Part shown: positions 23,407 through 36,767 of the stretch, piece after piece
How the letters are laid out: each line of letters starts with the position of its first letter
Position numbering within the stretch: the first letter of the stretch is position 1
From: Heteronotia binoei
Lineage: Eukaryota
DNA length: 64,000 nt
Assembly: GCF_032191835.1 (NCBI RefSeq)
Contig: NC_083227.1
Location: 126,170,001-126,234,000, forward strand
Direction of reading: 5' to 3'
Notes under the pieces: model-generated
What the model was told of the DNA's origin: nothing
What the model saw: only the letters and a program-made list of their open reading frames with translations
Database searches by the model: none
Position numbers and translations under genes: made by a program

Positions 23407-23621
23407 GGGAAGAGGCTGCGGCTTAGTGGAGGAGTATGTGCTTTGCGTGCAGAAAGTCCTGTTTAATCCCTGGCAATTCGTTAAAAAATGACTAGGCACT
23501 AAGTAATGTGAAGTACTTCCACCTGAGACTCTGGAAAGCCGCTGCCAGTCTGAGCAGACAATACTGACCGTGAAGGACCAATGGTCTGATTCAGTATAAG
23601 GCAGCTTCATGTGTGTTCATG
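23407..23621 (+). mobile_element. Squam2-type SINE (older copy)
   Basis: Homologous to 3936-4147. Confidence 0.8.
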
Positions 23622-23848
23622 TACACAGAACTAATGTACAAAGAACTGATATACTCAGGTGAGGATATCAAGCAACTAGTCTGGGAAAGTTGCTGCCTGA
23701 GGTTTTGGAGACCAACTAGAAGGCAATACTAAACTAGTCTGACTTGATAGAAGCAGTTCTGTTTGTTCTCCTAGCACTGCCATCTACTGGATACTTGGTA
23801 ATTTTTAAATAGTGTAACTGCCATGTTTTAAGTATCCAAGACTATCAA

Positions 23849-24025
23849 GATCCAGGAGGGCAGCCATGTTGGTCTGAAGCAACACAACAAAGTTGGAGTC
23901 CGGTAGCACCTTTAAGACCAACAAAGTTTTATTCAAAATATAAACTTTTATGTGCTAAAAGCACACTTCATCAGACAAAAAAACATTGTTGGTCTTAAAG
24001 GTGCTACTGGACTCCAACTTTGTTT
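23849..24025. mobile_element. Compact Penelope-type inverted remnant
   Basis: Inverted ttgttggtcttaaaggtgcta segments; perfect 12-bp direct flank CAAGACTATCAA (23837-23848, 24026-24037); minus-strand CTGATGA box with GAAA decayed to AAAA. Confidence 0.72.
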
Positions 24026-26306
24026 CAAGACTATCAACAAATTCCAATTAAACTGATTAAAGATGAACAGACTTATACTTTCTCTCAAAATAAATCAACT
24101 TGATTAAGTACATTTGCATGATGGCTGTGTTATTTTTCTTCATTAGTATTTTAAGTACAGTGTGATTTTCAATATTAGGAATTTTATTTTCAAAAAGCCC
24201 AACAGGTCTTTGTCAACTTTTCTAGTCCCCACTCCTCAGAAAGCTTAGTAACTTACAAGCTATGACAGCACAGTTTTGTTCTTTTTGGAGGGGGGAAGCA
24301 TGTTAAGTTCCAGTCATAGGGTCAAGGGCAGGAATCTATTAGACAGAATCAAACACAGTTCTCCAATACATTTTTGGGCTTCCCAACATTAAATAAAACA
24401 GTACTGCGATGAAAGTCAGTTTTTTCCCTCTCAGTAGACAAGACACTCTAAAAAAAGAGAGGAGTTAGGAAAAGTTGAAGGCAGAAGGAAAAGAGGAAGA
24501 TCTAACATGAAATGGATTCACTCAATCAAGGAAGCCACGGCCCTCAGTTTGCAAGACCTGAGCAACACTGTTAATGACGGTTTGGAGGTCATTAATGCAT
24601 AGGGTCGCCACAAATTGGAAGAGACCTGACAGCACATACACAGTTAACCTTAGGAAAGTCAGAACACTGCTGACTTAGAAAGGGAGAATCTCTCTAACAA
24701 TGTTTAAATTATGAATTGCCTGCTTTTATACAACAAGCAACCCAATATGTGATGTCGGCAGGCATTTAAAGTAGTTTAGGTTGTTAACAGCTCTGTGACA
24801 ATGATCCACAAAGCTTCTCCATACATTTCTAGGGAACTGAGATCCCCAGCAACCCAAACCAGTATTTCTTTGGATTTTGAAGTCTTTAGATTGGCAAGTT
24901 AGGAAGACTTATTTAAACACTGGAAGCAATAACTTATTACCGTCCATTACTGACTGAAAAAGTGTCTTTAATAAATTAGCATTTAAGAGCAAATCATAAT
25001 CTTTGTTCAGAAATACAATACATGTTTTTTACAGCACAGTACACACTAGAATCCTTCATAGAAGGGAGCTGAACACCACAAATCTGTTCATTCAATGAAT
25101 AAAACATACTTGAACCCCCCACACACATACACACTCCAGATTTCCTGCTTTCAGCTATAGCAGAAGACTATTTTCACCTCTCAGATTTATGGATGGTCAA
25201 AAGTTAAAGAGACAATGCAATTAGTGGACAATGCAATTAGTTCACACAACACAGCTTAATGCATTATATGGGGAGGGGGAAAATGCTGGTCTCTTCAAAA
25301 CACAATATGAAACTCACCCAGGACAGTTTTATAATTCTAGAACTGGGAAGTATGTAGTGGCTTTCAGAGGGTCCGGACAGTCAAGTGCTGCATATTCTCC
25401 CAAGCAACATTTAGCAAGGGACACGAGTCAGAAAAGTGTCTTGTTGGACTGTGTTTCCTGAATCCAACTATGTTGCACAAGTACTCTTCATAGTGTCCCT
25501 AAATGAATTACAACCTATGGAGTCTATGGATGGGATAAAAAAATAAAATAAAGTGCCTGAAAAGAGATTGCAGAAGCCTGAAGATCCCCTCCTGACCAAC
25601 AGTCTAGTTTCATCATCCCAAACATACAAATCCCTGAACAGCCTGCAAAACCATGCCAGCCAATTATAGATCTATCACACTTTAATTCACATTTCCATTA
25701 ACAAAAAAGTTCACTCCTCAGGTTGAAACAGAATTAGCTAAAGAAGCAGATACGTGCTCATCCCCTTAATACTGATGGGGGCTAAGTTTCTTCAGAAGAG
25801 AGCCCAATAGCAGCTGGGGCTCCAGAAGAGGCTCATCAGTCTATTATAACCATCAAATTTAGGCTATAGCATTGGGGATATATAAACATTCTCTGCTCTT
25901 TTCCATCCCCTAATGATCCCACAAAACACAACAATGTTGTCACGCCAGCTATTGTCAAAAGCAGGTCAAGCTCTTCTGTAAACCCATTTGCCTTCCCTTC
26001 CCAGCTTCCAGCTACCCAAAACATCCTTCTCTCTCCTATGCCATCCTGTCCTGGCTAGCTTATACATCCAAACAACATACTGGAAGGAGAAACTGCCCTT
26101 TTTATATCAAGGTGTCCGCAGATCTCAAACCCACAGGAGTACATCCAGATTTCATGGAAGCACATGACTCTTTGGTCAATGTAAACTGTCGAAGCTGTTC
26201 AGTACTGGAACTCGGCTGTGTGATAAACTGCTTGAACTATCTGCAGAGGTGCCTCAACAACCCAGCTCTCATCTCTATGGCCAGAAGACGCCCACTTCCA
26301 AGTAGG

Positions 26307-26774
26307 TTAAACCACACCATCCTCTGCTTGGATTTCTTCATCTTCCTCCATTTCTGTTTTGATCTGGGCCACACCCAGGCGGTATAAGGTATCCCGGATC
26401 ACCACCTCACCAGGCTGGCAGCTTTGCACAATCTCATGAATCTGCCTGTTCACAATTTCACGGCTAGAGAGGAAATCCATCAGGCGATTGTAGAGGTAAT
26501 AGTGGGTTGCATTGTCAAAGGTTATAGGCCTCTGGCGGACATTATTCGTTTTGCTATCATTGATGGCTGCAATGATGGCGCTGTAGGGTTCTAATTCCCG
26601 GCAGAGGGAGAGGGAATGATGTCGGGCTGTTGGGTCACTCTGAGTGCTCTGCTCTGTTCCAGTAAAAACCACTCGGCGGGATGCAGACTTGGTGACTGGG
26701 TGCTGAATTGTATGTTCAGCACTGGTCATGTCCACATTGTAGTGCCTGTCCAGCAGTTCAGGGCAGGACACATA
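26307..26774 (-). CDS. HMGXB3: HMGXB3 exon 20 (last coding exon)
   Basis: catcag|YVSCPELLDRHYNVDM...RQRPITFDNATHYYLYNRLMDFLSSREIVNRQIHEIVQSCQPGEVVIRDTLYRLGVAQIKTE...*; recognisably the HMGXB3 C-terminus. Confidence 0.97.
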   Translation of the reverse strand, partial: YVSCPELLDRHYNVDMTSAEHTIQHPVTKSASRRVVFTGTEQSTQSDPTARHHSLSLCRELEPYSAIIAAINDSKTNNVRQRPITFDNATHYYLYNRLMDFLSSREIVNRQIHEIVQSCQPGEVVIRDTLYRLGVAQIKTEMEEDEEIQAEDGVV

Positions 26775-27633
26775 CTGATGAGAGAGAAAACAAAAGTTAT
26801 ATATTTTTTTCTTAGTTTCCTCAATCAGAACTGGCTAAATAAAAATAAATTCATAACAGAAACCAGCACAGAGCCTTGAATGCACTGGATTTGCAGCTGG
26901 CTTCAACCCCCTAAGTGTCCAAAACACTCTTCTGGTAAATAATAGAGTCTTCCGCCACAAGCCTGCTTCGGTGGGGAGGGTGGGATATAAATCCAATAAA
27001 TAAATAAATTCCATGCTTTAGTCTCCATTTATTTTAATAGAAATAGCTGATTATTGCTACTGGGAGAAACACTCAAGATAGGATGAGTTCGAGAGATGAA
27101 CGCCTGTCCTAAGCATTTAAAATTTCAGACACACTGGAACATTTTTCCTTACCACGAACAAGCGCAAGAACTAGGTGAGACCAGTAGCTCAGTGGCTACA
27201 TGCATGTTTTGTACACATACTCAGTCCCTGCTACCTCCACATAAAGGAGCTTAAATAACATGACTGGGAATGCCTAAGGCTCTGGGGAACAATGAGTCAT
27301 TAGCATTTGAAAAACGGGTGTCGTCCTTAAAAGGAGGACAGAAGACTGCAAAAGTAACCCATCACACAAGTGTACCATGACAGATAGTGCTATCTTTTTC
27401 ATTAAATTGCAAAAAAAAAACCCTAAAGTTGAACGCAGTAAGCAAAACAAGTATTTGAAAAATGGCATAGGCTGTGGCAAACACAAAACTGTGACACATG
27501 TTATCAAAAACACACACATACAACCATTGGGACCCTCCCCACTTACACCTCTCAGTAACATCTCTAGAGAGGATAGTCATCGCAAGTGCTCTCACTAGTT
27601 TTGAAAACAGTGCAACAGAGCAAGGCAACTAAC

Positions 27634-27843
27634 CCTTAAAGGTTCCATGGGGTCAGAGAAGCAACCCTGGTTTCTCCCCCACATCTGAGCAGTCAAGTCA
27701 GGATAGCAGATATCTGCACACAATGCCACAGAAGTGGCCAAGTCTACCACATAGACTGGTGGCCAGTGGCGTGAAGAGGCTAGGAGATCCACATGGTCCC
27801 GGGGACTTTCCCCTCTCACAATGTATTTTGAGCCACACACGAC
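27634..27843 (-). CDS. HMGXB3: HMGXB3 exon 19
   Basis: cccag|VVCGSKYIVRGESPRDHVDLLASSRHWPPVYVVDLATSVALCADICYPDLTAQMWGRNQGCFSDPMEPLR|gttagt, 210 nt. Confidence 0.96.
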
Positions 27844-28293
27844 CTGGGAAGAAAAAAGTTGTAGCAGGTTTGGTGCAACACACTGGAAGAAAAGGGAAGC
27901 ACCCAGGAAATAAAAAACAAACCAAGCTGAGCTGTTTCCATCCTATGCTTTTCAAATGCTAGCGTGACAAATGAACCTTGTCTGCAAACAAACATTACAC
28001 AAGAAATTTTCCAATGGTGGCAAAAAACACAGACCACTGTAGCACCACAATCTAGCAAACACTTAAAAATTTCTGTCCCGAATTACCACATATGAATGCT
28101 GACTCCTATATTGCAAGCCATGAAGAACAGCATCAGCCAATCTAGCCATGTAACATACCACATAAACCACAATTTCTACTTGCATATATTTTACACTTTA
28201 TAATGTAAATATCAAATCTGCTGAAGCATTCCATGGCTCTCATCAGTTGTCCACACCTACCATGCACTAGTAGAACTTTTAAATCAAACTCAC

Positions 28294-28410
28294 CTGGTGT
28301 GGACACACTTTGTAGATTTTTCCTCCAGTCAAATGTGAGGGGGGCTGTTTGATCTGTGTCCCATTCTGTACAAAATCATACAGAGCCAGCAGAGAAAGAC
28401 AGAGCTGCTC
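28294..28410 (-). CDS. HMGXB3: HMGXB3 exon 18
   Basis: cctag|EQLCLSLLALYDFVQNGTQIKQPPSHLTGGKIYKVCPHQ|gtgagt, 117 nt. Confidence 0.95.
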
Positions 28411-28559
28411 CTAGGAACCATCAGCATATCAACAAAGGGGGGGAAAGTTAGCCATTTGAAAATAGCTGGTTCTTCGAGAGAAGGGCAGGGATGTTAGATG
28501 CAGATATACATGAATAATAAACCTCTTCCAGATAAGCTGCAAGTATTTCAAAGTTCTGT

Positions 28560-28800
28560 GCACGAATTACCTAGAATAATTTCAAACTGGCTTTCAGTCT
28601 GGTTTTCGGAGAGAGACGGCACTAGCTACCACAGAGATCCTGAGAGAAAGATAGGGGAAGCGTGTTCCAATCCTAGATCTCTCAGTGGCTTTTGGTGCTA
28701 TTAGCCAGAACATCCTTCTGGATAGTTTTACAAGTTCGAGATTGAGGGTTCTACTTTGCTATGGTTATGCTCTTTGTCGGACAGTAGATTTCAGAAGCTT
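28560..28800 (+). mobile_element. Decayed L2 reverse-transcriptase fragment
   Basis: Translates to FQSGF(R)...LDLSVAFGAISQNILLDS, resembling L2 QSGFR / LDLSAAFDT motifs. Confidence 0.6.
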
Positions 28801-29583
28801 TTAAGAGACAGTTGTTCTCAAGGATCAATTTGATCTTCAATACTTTTAAAATATCTACATGACATAACTGACAAAGGCCATCTGGAACTACTGAGTACAA
28901 CTGTCACTTTGTTGACACCAAAGCAGTATGTCTTGAAGTTGTGTATGAGCTCTAAATTCAAACCAGTTTTTAAAAAAATACATGGAGGTGCATTCTATGG
29001 ACCAAGTAAAAGTGAAAAGATTTGTCTTGGACTTGCACTCATCCCGAAAGACGAGGTTCATAGGGGAGCTCGTAAGTGCCTGGGATCCGGCTGTGGCCCA
29101 GAACACCTTTTACCACCTCTGGCAGTTGCATCCTGTACTGGAGAACAGAAAGATCCCACTGTCATCATATCAAGAAGCGACTTTTAGATGAGACCTAGTT
29201 TAACACATTGCATGTTATGCTGACTGTGAAGATGGGTTGTGCAGAATACTATGGCTAGATTGATATCAGGCACAAGCAGGCAAAAATCATATGAAGCCTT
29301 TATCAAAGCAGTTACAATGGCTAATGTGTTTCTGAGATTAATTCAAAGTGCTTTGCAGTCTGCATCCTAAGTATCACAAGGAGCACCTGATTCCATTTTT
29401 GTAACTGAGACTGTGATCTTTACTTCTGATGGGAGGGGAAGAGATTTTCTTGTTTTTATTGTTTTGAATAAAGTTTTAAAATTTTAGATAATTCAATAAT
29501 TTTAAATTGATTACTGGCAATAAGAATTATAATTATCACTTTGAAATTCTAATACATTTGGTATTACAAAAAAGCCCTATTAC

Positions 29584-29717
29584 CTTTGAATCACCTGCAT
29601 CCCAGGGAATACTGCACTGTGTCAAGAAATTCTGTAACTCTTCCTTGCTGTAAGAACCAATCTGCTCCATTTTACAGGCTTCATCCTGAATCAGCCTTAC
29701 CAAAACACTTGCATGGC
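29584..29717 (-). CDS. HMGXB3: HMGXB3 exon 17
   Basis: ttttag|(G)HASVLVRLIQDEACKMEQIGSYSKEELQNFLTQCSIPWDAGDSK|gtaata, 134 nt. Confidence 0.94.
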
Positions 29718-30037
29718 CTAAAAAGCAAGAGATCATTTTGTTTAGCTGCTCTTAGAAGAGAATAGCAAACTTTAAAGGCTTCTAAACCCTTAAGCTAACC
29801 AACTATGTCTGTTGTCTGTTGGATAACCCTGGCAAAAATTGTTACAAGTGTGCATAGGGTTTGTCATTGGGCAACAAACGGGATGAGAAATAACATTACA
29901 ACTTTCATGTGGACTAACATAGACGCTGACAAAATTTATATTGGCCTTTTAAGATTCTAGCATACCATGGAAATACAGACATTCTAGAAACAGAGACACC
30001 AGTGACCCTCTTATAGACCAGAATTTCTACAAAATAC

Positions 30038-30257
30038 CTGTCATCATAGGTGCGTCAAAGTTCTTCTCTCTCTCTGTGTTGACGACCACAGAGCCCCTCA
30101 TCAGTGGTGGGAAAAAGGGGGCTATGATAGAGGCATCAAACTTTGTGATAGGGATGCTGGAAGGAAATGCCACTTGCTCTATCACTTCAGTCTCCATAGT
30201 AGACCAGAAATCTTCCACATTTACTTCACTAGATGCCAAGAATTCTGGCCAGGTAAA
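30038..30257 (-). CDS. HMGXB3: HMGXB3 exon 16
   Basis: gttaag|FTWPEFLASSEVNVEDFWSTMETEVIEQVAFPSSIPITKFDASIIAPFFPPLMRG...APMMT|gtattt, 220 nt. Confidence 0.95.
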
Positions 30258-30573
30258 CTTAACAATGGAAGAAGGGGGAGGGAAAAAACAGAAGTATGAA
30301 CAGTTTATAAGATTATATTTAACCAGGTATACATTCTGCTCAAACCTACACATTTAAATGGGTTCTTCTTTCCCTGCAGGTTAACAAAAATGGACCCGTT
30401 GCTGATCTGTTATGTCAGCAAACAAGATAAAGCCTCTGAAAGTCCCCCTTTCTTGTTTTCAAAGGAGTAAATAAAAATATAGCTTAACACAGCAAACAAT
30501 GTATTAGCACTAAAACCAACATTGCGAGAAAAACAATTAAAGGTGCAGCTGGATGTTATGCCTAAGATTATCT

Positions 30574-30630
30574 CCATCCATCCATCCATCCATCCATCCA
30601 TCCATCCATCCATCCATCCATCCATCCATC
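30574..30630. repeat. (CCAT)n microsatellite, about 14 units
   Basis: Directly visible; 33 nt from the HMGXB3 exon 15 donor. Confidence 0.97.
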
Positions 30631-30662
30631 ACTTCTTATATGGCTATTAAAAGGTTGTCTAC

Positions 30663-30847
30663 CTCAATGTTTTTCAGTGACAAAACATTTTCCACATTCC
30701 TCTGGGCTATATCAACTTTGGGTGCAATGCCACAGATACCACAGATCATATCATTATAGTCCCGGACAGTAAGGCATTCAAAGGCCCAATATCCATTGCA
30801 CAGCAGCTCCTCAAGTTGACTCAACTCCTCAGTGCTCAGATTTTTCT
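30663..30847 (-). CDS. HMGXB3: HMGXB3 exon 15
   Basis: caacag|(E)[43 protein letters not shown]...LKNIE|gtagac, 185 nt. Confidence 0.96.
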
Positions 30848-30952
30848 CTGTTGGGAAAAATAGAAAAAGAATCATGTAACCAAAATACCTAAAGTCACTT
30901 TCATACCCAACAACTGTGGGCTGACTAACAAGCCTGTGGCTTTGACGGATGC

Positions 30953-31536
30953 TGTCAGGAGAGAAACCACCACCACTTAACTTTTTTCCTGCTCCCTGGC
31001 CTGGAAGCCCGTGGACTGCTACCTGCCCTCTGACAGATGGGTACTAGTCAAGTTCATCTCTCAAGCCTGTTAATTAGCCCATACATTACAGCTGTAGATG
31101 TGGTCAGGGGAGAGGGCAGCCTTCTCCTGCCCAGAATATTCCTTGGAAACAGCCCTGTCATAGGTTGGGAAAGATTAGTTCATGGCCTGCTTTTTCTATA
31201 AATTATAGCCTATGATGGGTTAGTATATTCTCTTCCCTTTGCTATTTCTTGTCTTCTCACCCCATCCATGCTGCCTAGGGACTTTTGTTGTATGCTCTCG
31301 AACGCCTTTTGCCTTAGTTAAGAAAAGCCAGCATCTTTGCTGCAGAATTAAGTAAGTGAATAGCCAGATAATTTTCTTCTTTTTTGTGTACTTGAACCTC
31401 TCACCAGAATGACATATATTGCTTTTAAAATCTTTTCTTAATTTTCTTCAGTAAAGCTTTCTTTGCTCTATGGTATATGTTACTGGAGCGTTTAAGCTTG
31501 ATTGTATTACGGTACCAAGGCAGGTCACCCTTGACA
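30953..31536 (+). mobile_element. Probable solo LTR
   Basis: TGTCA...TGACA ends, TATA-like CTATAAAT near 31196, AGTAAA near 31451; flanks GATGC/AGTGC match only partly. Confidence 0.45.
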
Positions 31537-33424
31537 AGTGCCTTTAACTGGCCATTGAGCCAGTTGTGTCACTGCAGCAATTCTGAATCCCCAACCTAGA
31601 CCCTGCTGCATCAAAGTCCTGCAGAACTGCAACTGACATCAGGAGGGTAAAGGACCATTTTTGATATCCTCTCTATAATAAAAACACTGTGGGGTGGCCA
31701 AAAGCAGGTCTCCCATTAGCTGAGGGGTATGCATCAACCACTAGCCCATCTACCACCACTCAAGGTCTGTTGCATTCCATTGGCTAAGGATTCAGGCACT
31801 GCTTTGCAGAGGAGAGAAAGAAAGGCTTCCCCAGATTGATTGATGAAGGGAGGAGGCTGAGAGGGAGGAGGGAAACAGTCACAAAAAGCCTTCCCTCAAT
31901 TGGCTGAGGACTCCTCCCCTTCCTCCTCTGGGGAACCAAACAGCCAGAGAGACATAGACAAAAAGTAGCATCCCTTCCCAGCAGAACAACAACGTTTTAT
32001 TCTAGGTACAGAGAGAGAGAGAGAGGGAAAGAGAGAGAGAGAGAGATCATATGGCATCTTGTGTTTAAGATTGGGCCACTGGAGAAGCTGCCTTTGCTTT
32101 CCCCTTTGTGCCTGTTGCTAGTCAACAAACTTGGTTATGTCAGTAAAAAGCAGAGGGAGGAAGCCCTTTCAAGGCCTATTTTGGCCTTTGAGGGAGAACT
32201 CATTGGGGCCATGCCTGACTACAGGTGCCAGCTCCAGGTTGGAAAATTCCTGGAGATTTTGTAGTGGAGTCTCAAAAGCCACACTTTGGGGAGGGGAGAG
32301 GTCCCAGCTGGGGACCCATCCTCCAAAGCACTTATTTTCTCCAGGATGGGGAGAGAAATCTGTTGTTTGAAATTCAATTGTGATACCAGGAGATCTTCAG
32401 CCTCCACCTGGAAGTTTCCTATTCTAGGCCTGGCAGCACCCTCTAAGTGACTTCATGCCATCTGACCAGCATGACTTAACTAGACCTGGCTGCTTGCTCC
32501 TGTACAGCAGCAGCCCCCCTATGACAGTCACTATTAAGCTGTGCCTTGCCAGAGGCTGAGCACATTTCAGAGAGCTCTGAGAGAGCAGATAAGAAGTGCT
32601 ATAAGGGTGAGGTATGGCTTTCTAAACAGCTGGGGGAGTTGCTGAGAATTTATGAGTTTGTGTGACTATGTGACTACTGAAAATTCTGAGTTTGTGGTTG
32701 CTGGGGAACTGCTGTTTGTTTGGTTTGAGTGGGCTGAAGGTGATTGTTGCTGATTGATTAGGAGTGGCTGTGTTCCTGGGGCAGACTGAGGCCCCACCCT
32801 CTTTGCATTATTAAGCTGTGCCTTGCCAGAGGCATGAGCCTTTGGTGAGAGCTAAAGGGCTCTTGGCCTGTGGCTCTTAGCCTGGAGGCTGTGTATGGAT
32901 CAGGAACCCAGATCCCTATTTTCCTTATGTTCCCAATAAGGTAAGTAGACCCTCCAGAAGGTGAGCCACATAAACAAACAGGATTTAAAAGGGGACTGCA
33001 TATTTTAAAAAAGCTATCATGAAGGTAGAATGCCATCAGGGGGGTGGGGGCTTTCCAGTGTTTTGCACTGAGTGTCACATGTATGACTATCTGCACACAG
33101 GACAGAAGTCTTGGCTTAGGTGTGTGCAAGGAGCTCCTGGTACTCAGGGAATGAGTTTGTACCCTTGAGGCCAAGGTGACTGACTTGGAGAAGCAGAGAC
33201 AGTCAGTTAGGCACTCATAGAAGACTCTCAGGGACGTATTAGATGAGCCCCACTCTGAACGTGGCAGTCCCGTTGCTGCCAGGGAGCATGAGGGTCAAGA
33301 GGGAACAGGGCACCGTGCTGAGGATAAGGGGAATTCACCCTCAGAAGGGACCTCTTCTTCAGTTGGTGAGCGGGTATCCTTTCGCACCAAGGAACCATCC
33401 CTGGGCAGGGAGAAAGGGGGGGTC

Positions 33425-33925
33425 TTGGTAGTTGGTGATTCGATCCTTAGGCAAGTAGACAGCTGGGTGGCAAAACCATGTACTGACCATATGGTGACTT
33501 GCCTGCCTGGTGCGAAGGTAGCGGACATTACTCGTGTTGTAGATAGGCTGATAGACAGTGCTGGGGAGGAGGCAGTGTTCGTGGTGCATGTTGGCACCAA
33601 CGATGTGGGGAAATGCAGTCATGAGGTCCTGGAGGAAAAATTTAGGATGCTAGGCAGAAGACTTAAGGCCAGGACCTCCAAAGTAGCCTTCTCAGAAGTG
33701 CCACCTGTTCCACGTGCAAGTCTGGAGAGACAGGCACAAATTAGAAGTCTCAATGTGTGGATGAGACGATGGTGTAGGGAGGAAGGGTTTAAGTTTGTTA
33801 TGCACCGGGATGCTTTCTGGAACAAGCGGGAGCTGTACAAAAGAGACAGTCTTCATTTGTCCCCAGATGGAACCAAGGTCCTGGCGCTTAAAATCAAAAA
33901 GGTGGCAGAGCAGTTTTTAAACTAA
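33425..33925 (+). pseudogene. CR1 ORF1 SGNH/GDSL esterase domain (open segment)
   Basis: VVGDSIL, LPGAK, VHVGTNDV, RDSLHL motifs in one 166-codon frame. Confidence 0.88.
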
Positions 33926-35010
33926 TTCTTAGGGGAAAGCCGACAGGAGATGAAATGTCTCTGGTTCGGGAGGACTCATCGCAAAGAGATGAAGGGTTAG
34001 CTGTTACTTTTCTACCGGGTAATAGATCAGAGTTGTCCACTGAGATGGTGACAAATAGTACGGAGTGTCTGCCAAAGTTTTGAGGCAGCAGGAGGAAGGT
34101 GGCGGGCCTACCTTGCCTGGGAAATTATAGATGTTTGTATACAAATGCTAGGAGTGTTCGAAGTAAAATTGATGAGTTGGACTGTTTAGTGTTGGGGGAA
34201 AACATAGACATTGTGGGAATTTCAGAAACTTGGTAGAATGAGGAGAATCAGTGGGACACGGTGATTCCTTTATATAAGTTATATCAGAAGGATAGGGAGG
34301 GAAGGGCTGGAGGTGGGGTGGTTCTGTATGTCAGAGAGGGTATACAGTCCAGTAAGAATGAATTCAAAGAATTAGATTCCCTTCTAGAAATGCTTTGGAT
34401 CGAAATAGAGGGCCCAAAAGGAAATTTAAGTATGGGAGTTTGTTATCGCCCACCAAATCAAAAGATAGAGGACGATTATAATATGATGGAAGGATTAAAG
34501 ATAGCACCTGAACGTAAAACTGTGTCGTCATAGGTGATTTTAACTACCCGCAGATTGATTGGGTCAATATGTGTTCAGGTCGAGAGAAAGAGATTGAGTT
34601 TCCAGACGCTCTCAATGACTGTGCTATGGAGCAGATGGTCACAGAACCTACCAGAGGTGGGGCGATCCTGGATTTGGTCCTAAGTAATGCCCAAGACTTG
34701 GTGAGAGATGAAAAAGTGATCACACTGCTTGGGAGCAGTGAGCATAATGTTATTGATTTCACTATTTGTTTAAATAGGGTGCTGTCCCAAAAGACCAGCA
34801 CAACCACATTTAACTTTAAAAGGGGTAAATTCTCTGAGATGAGGAGGCATGTAAAGAGGAAACTGAAAGAAAAGGTAAATTCAGTCAAAACCCTTGGGGA
34901 AACTTGGAGGCTATTTAAAACTACAATCCTAGAAGCTCAGATAAAATATATACCACAAGTTAGGAAAGGCACAAACAAGTATAAGAAAAGGCCTGCATGG
35001 TTAACAAAGT

Positions 35011-35286
35011 AAGAAGAAGAAGATATTGGATTTATATCCCGCCCTCCACTCCGAAGAGTCTCAGAGCGGCTCACAATCTCCTTTACCTTCCTCCCCCACA
35101 ACAGACACCCTGTGAGGTGGGTGGGGCTGGAGAGGGATCTCACAGCAGCTGCCCTTTCAAGGACAACCTCTGCCAGAGCTATGGCTGACCCAAGGCCATG
35201 CTAGCAGGTGCAAGTGGAGGAGTGGGGAATCAAACCCGGTTCTCCCAGATAAGAGTCCGCACACTTAACCACTACACCAAACTGGC
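35011..35286 (-). mobile_element. Young Squam3-type SINE inserted into CR1 ORF2
   Basis: Nearly identical to 12344-12619; splits PAWLTK from VMEAVKGKK. Confidence 0.92.
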
Positions 35287-36736
35287 TTACAGTAATGGAA
35301 GCTGTAAAAGGTAAGAAGGACTCCTTTAAGTGGTGGAAAGCTAGTCCAAGTGAGATTAATAAAAGGGAACACAGGCTGTGGCAAATCAAATGCAAGACTG
35401 TGATCAGACAGGCAAAAAGGGACTATGAGGAACATATTGCAAAAAACATAAAGACCAACAATAAACATTTCTTCAAATATATTAGAAGCAGGAACCAGCC
35501 AGGGAGACAGTGGGGCCCTTGGATGACCAAGGGGTAAAAGGATTACTGAAGGAGGATAGGGAAATGGCTGAATGCATTTTTTGCCTCAGTCTTCACTGTG
35601 GAAGATGAGAAGTGTTTGCTCATTCCAGAACCACTAATTTTGGAAGGGGTGTTGAAAGACCTGAATCAAATTGAGGTGACAAGAGAGGAGGTTCTACAAC
35701 TGATAGACAAATTAAAAACTAATAAGTCACCGGATGGCATACATCCAAGAGTTCTGAAAGAACTCAAAGCTGAGCTTGTCGATCTCCTAACAAAAATCTG
35801 TAATCTTTCATTGAAATCTGCCTCTGTTCCTGAGGACTGGAAGGTAGCAAATGTCACCCTCATCTTTAAAAAGGGTTCCAGAGGAGATCTGGGAAATTAC
35901 AGGCCAGTCAGTCTGACTTCAATATCGGGAAAGTTGGTAGAAAGCATTATCAAGGATAGAATGACTAGGCACATTGATGAACACAAGTTATTGAGGAATA
36001 CTCAGCATGGGTTCTGTAAGGGAAGATCTTGCCTCACTAACCTGTTACAGTTCTTTGAGGGAGTGAACAAACATGTGGACAAAGAGGACCCAATAAATAT
36101 TGTTTACTTTGACTTCCAGAAAGCTTTTGATAAAGTTCCTCATCAAAGGCTCCTTAGTAAGCTCGAGAGTCATGGAGTAAAAGGACAGGACCTCTTGTGG
36201 ATCAAAAACTGGCTAATTAATAGGAAGCAGAGAGTGAATATAAATGGGCAGTCTTCACTATGGAGGACGGTAAGAAGTGGGGTGCCACAGGGCTCAGTAC
36301 TGGATCCCATGCTCTTTAACGTGTTCATTAATGATCTGGAGTTGGGAGTAAGCAGTGAAGTGGCCAGGTTTGCAGATGACACTAAATTGTTCAAGGTGGT
36401 GAGAACCAGAGAGGATTGTGAGGCACTCCAAAGGGATCTGTTGAGGCTGGGTGAGTGGGCATCAACGTGGCAGATGAGGTTCAATGTGCCAAGTGCAAAG
36501 TAATGCACATTGGGGCCAAGAATCCCAGCTACAAATACAAGTTGATGGGGTGTGAACTGGCAGAGACTGACCAAGAGACAGATCTTGAGGTCGTGGTAGA
36601 TAACTCACTGAAAATGTCAAGACAGTGTGCGATTGCAATAAAAAAGGCCAACGCCATGCTGGGAATTATTAGGAAGGGAATTGAAAACAAATCAGCCAGC
36701 ATCATAATGCCCCTGTATAAATCGATGGTGCAGTCT

Positions 36737-36767
<31 letters not shown>

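Noticed and set aside
28888-29191. Overlapping short ORFs in HMGXB3 intron 17
   Set aside because: No recognisable motif or splice context; consistent with chance or decayed repeat sequence.
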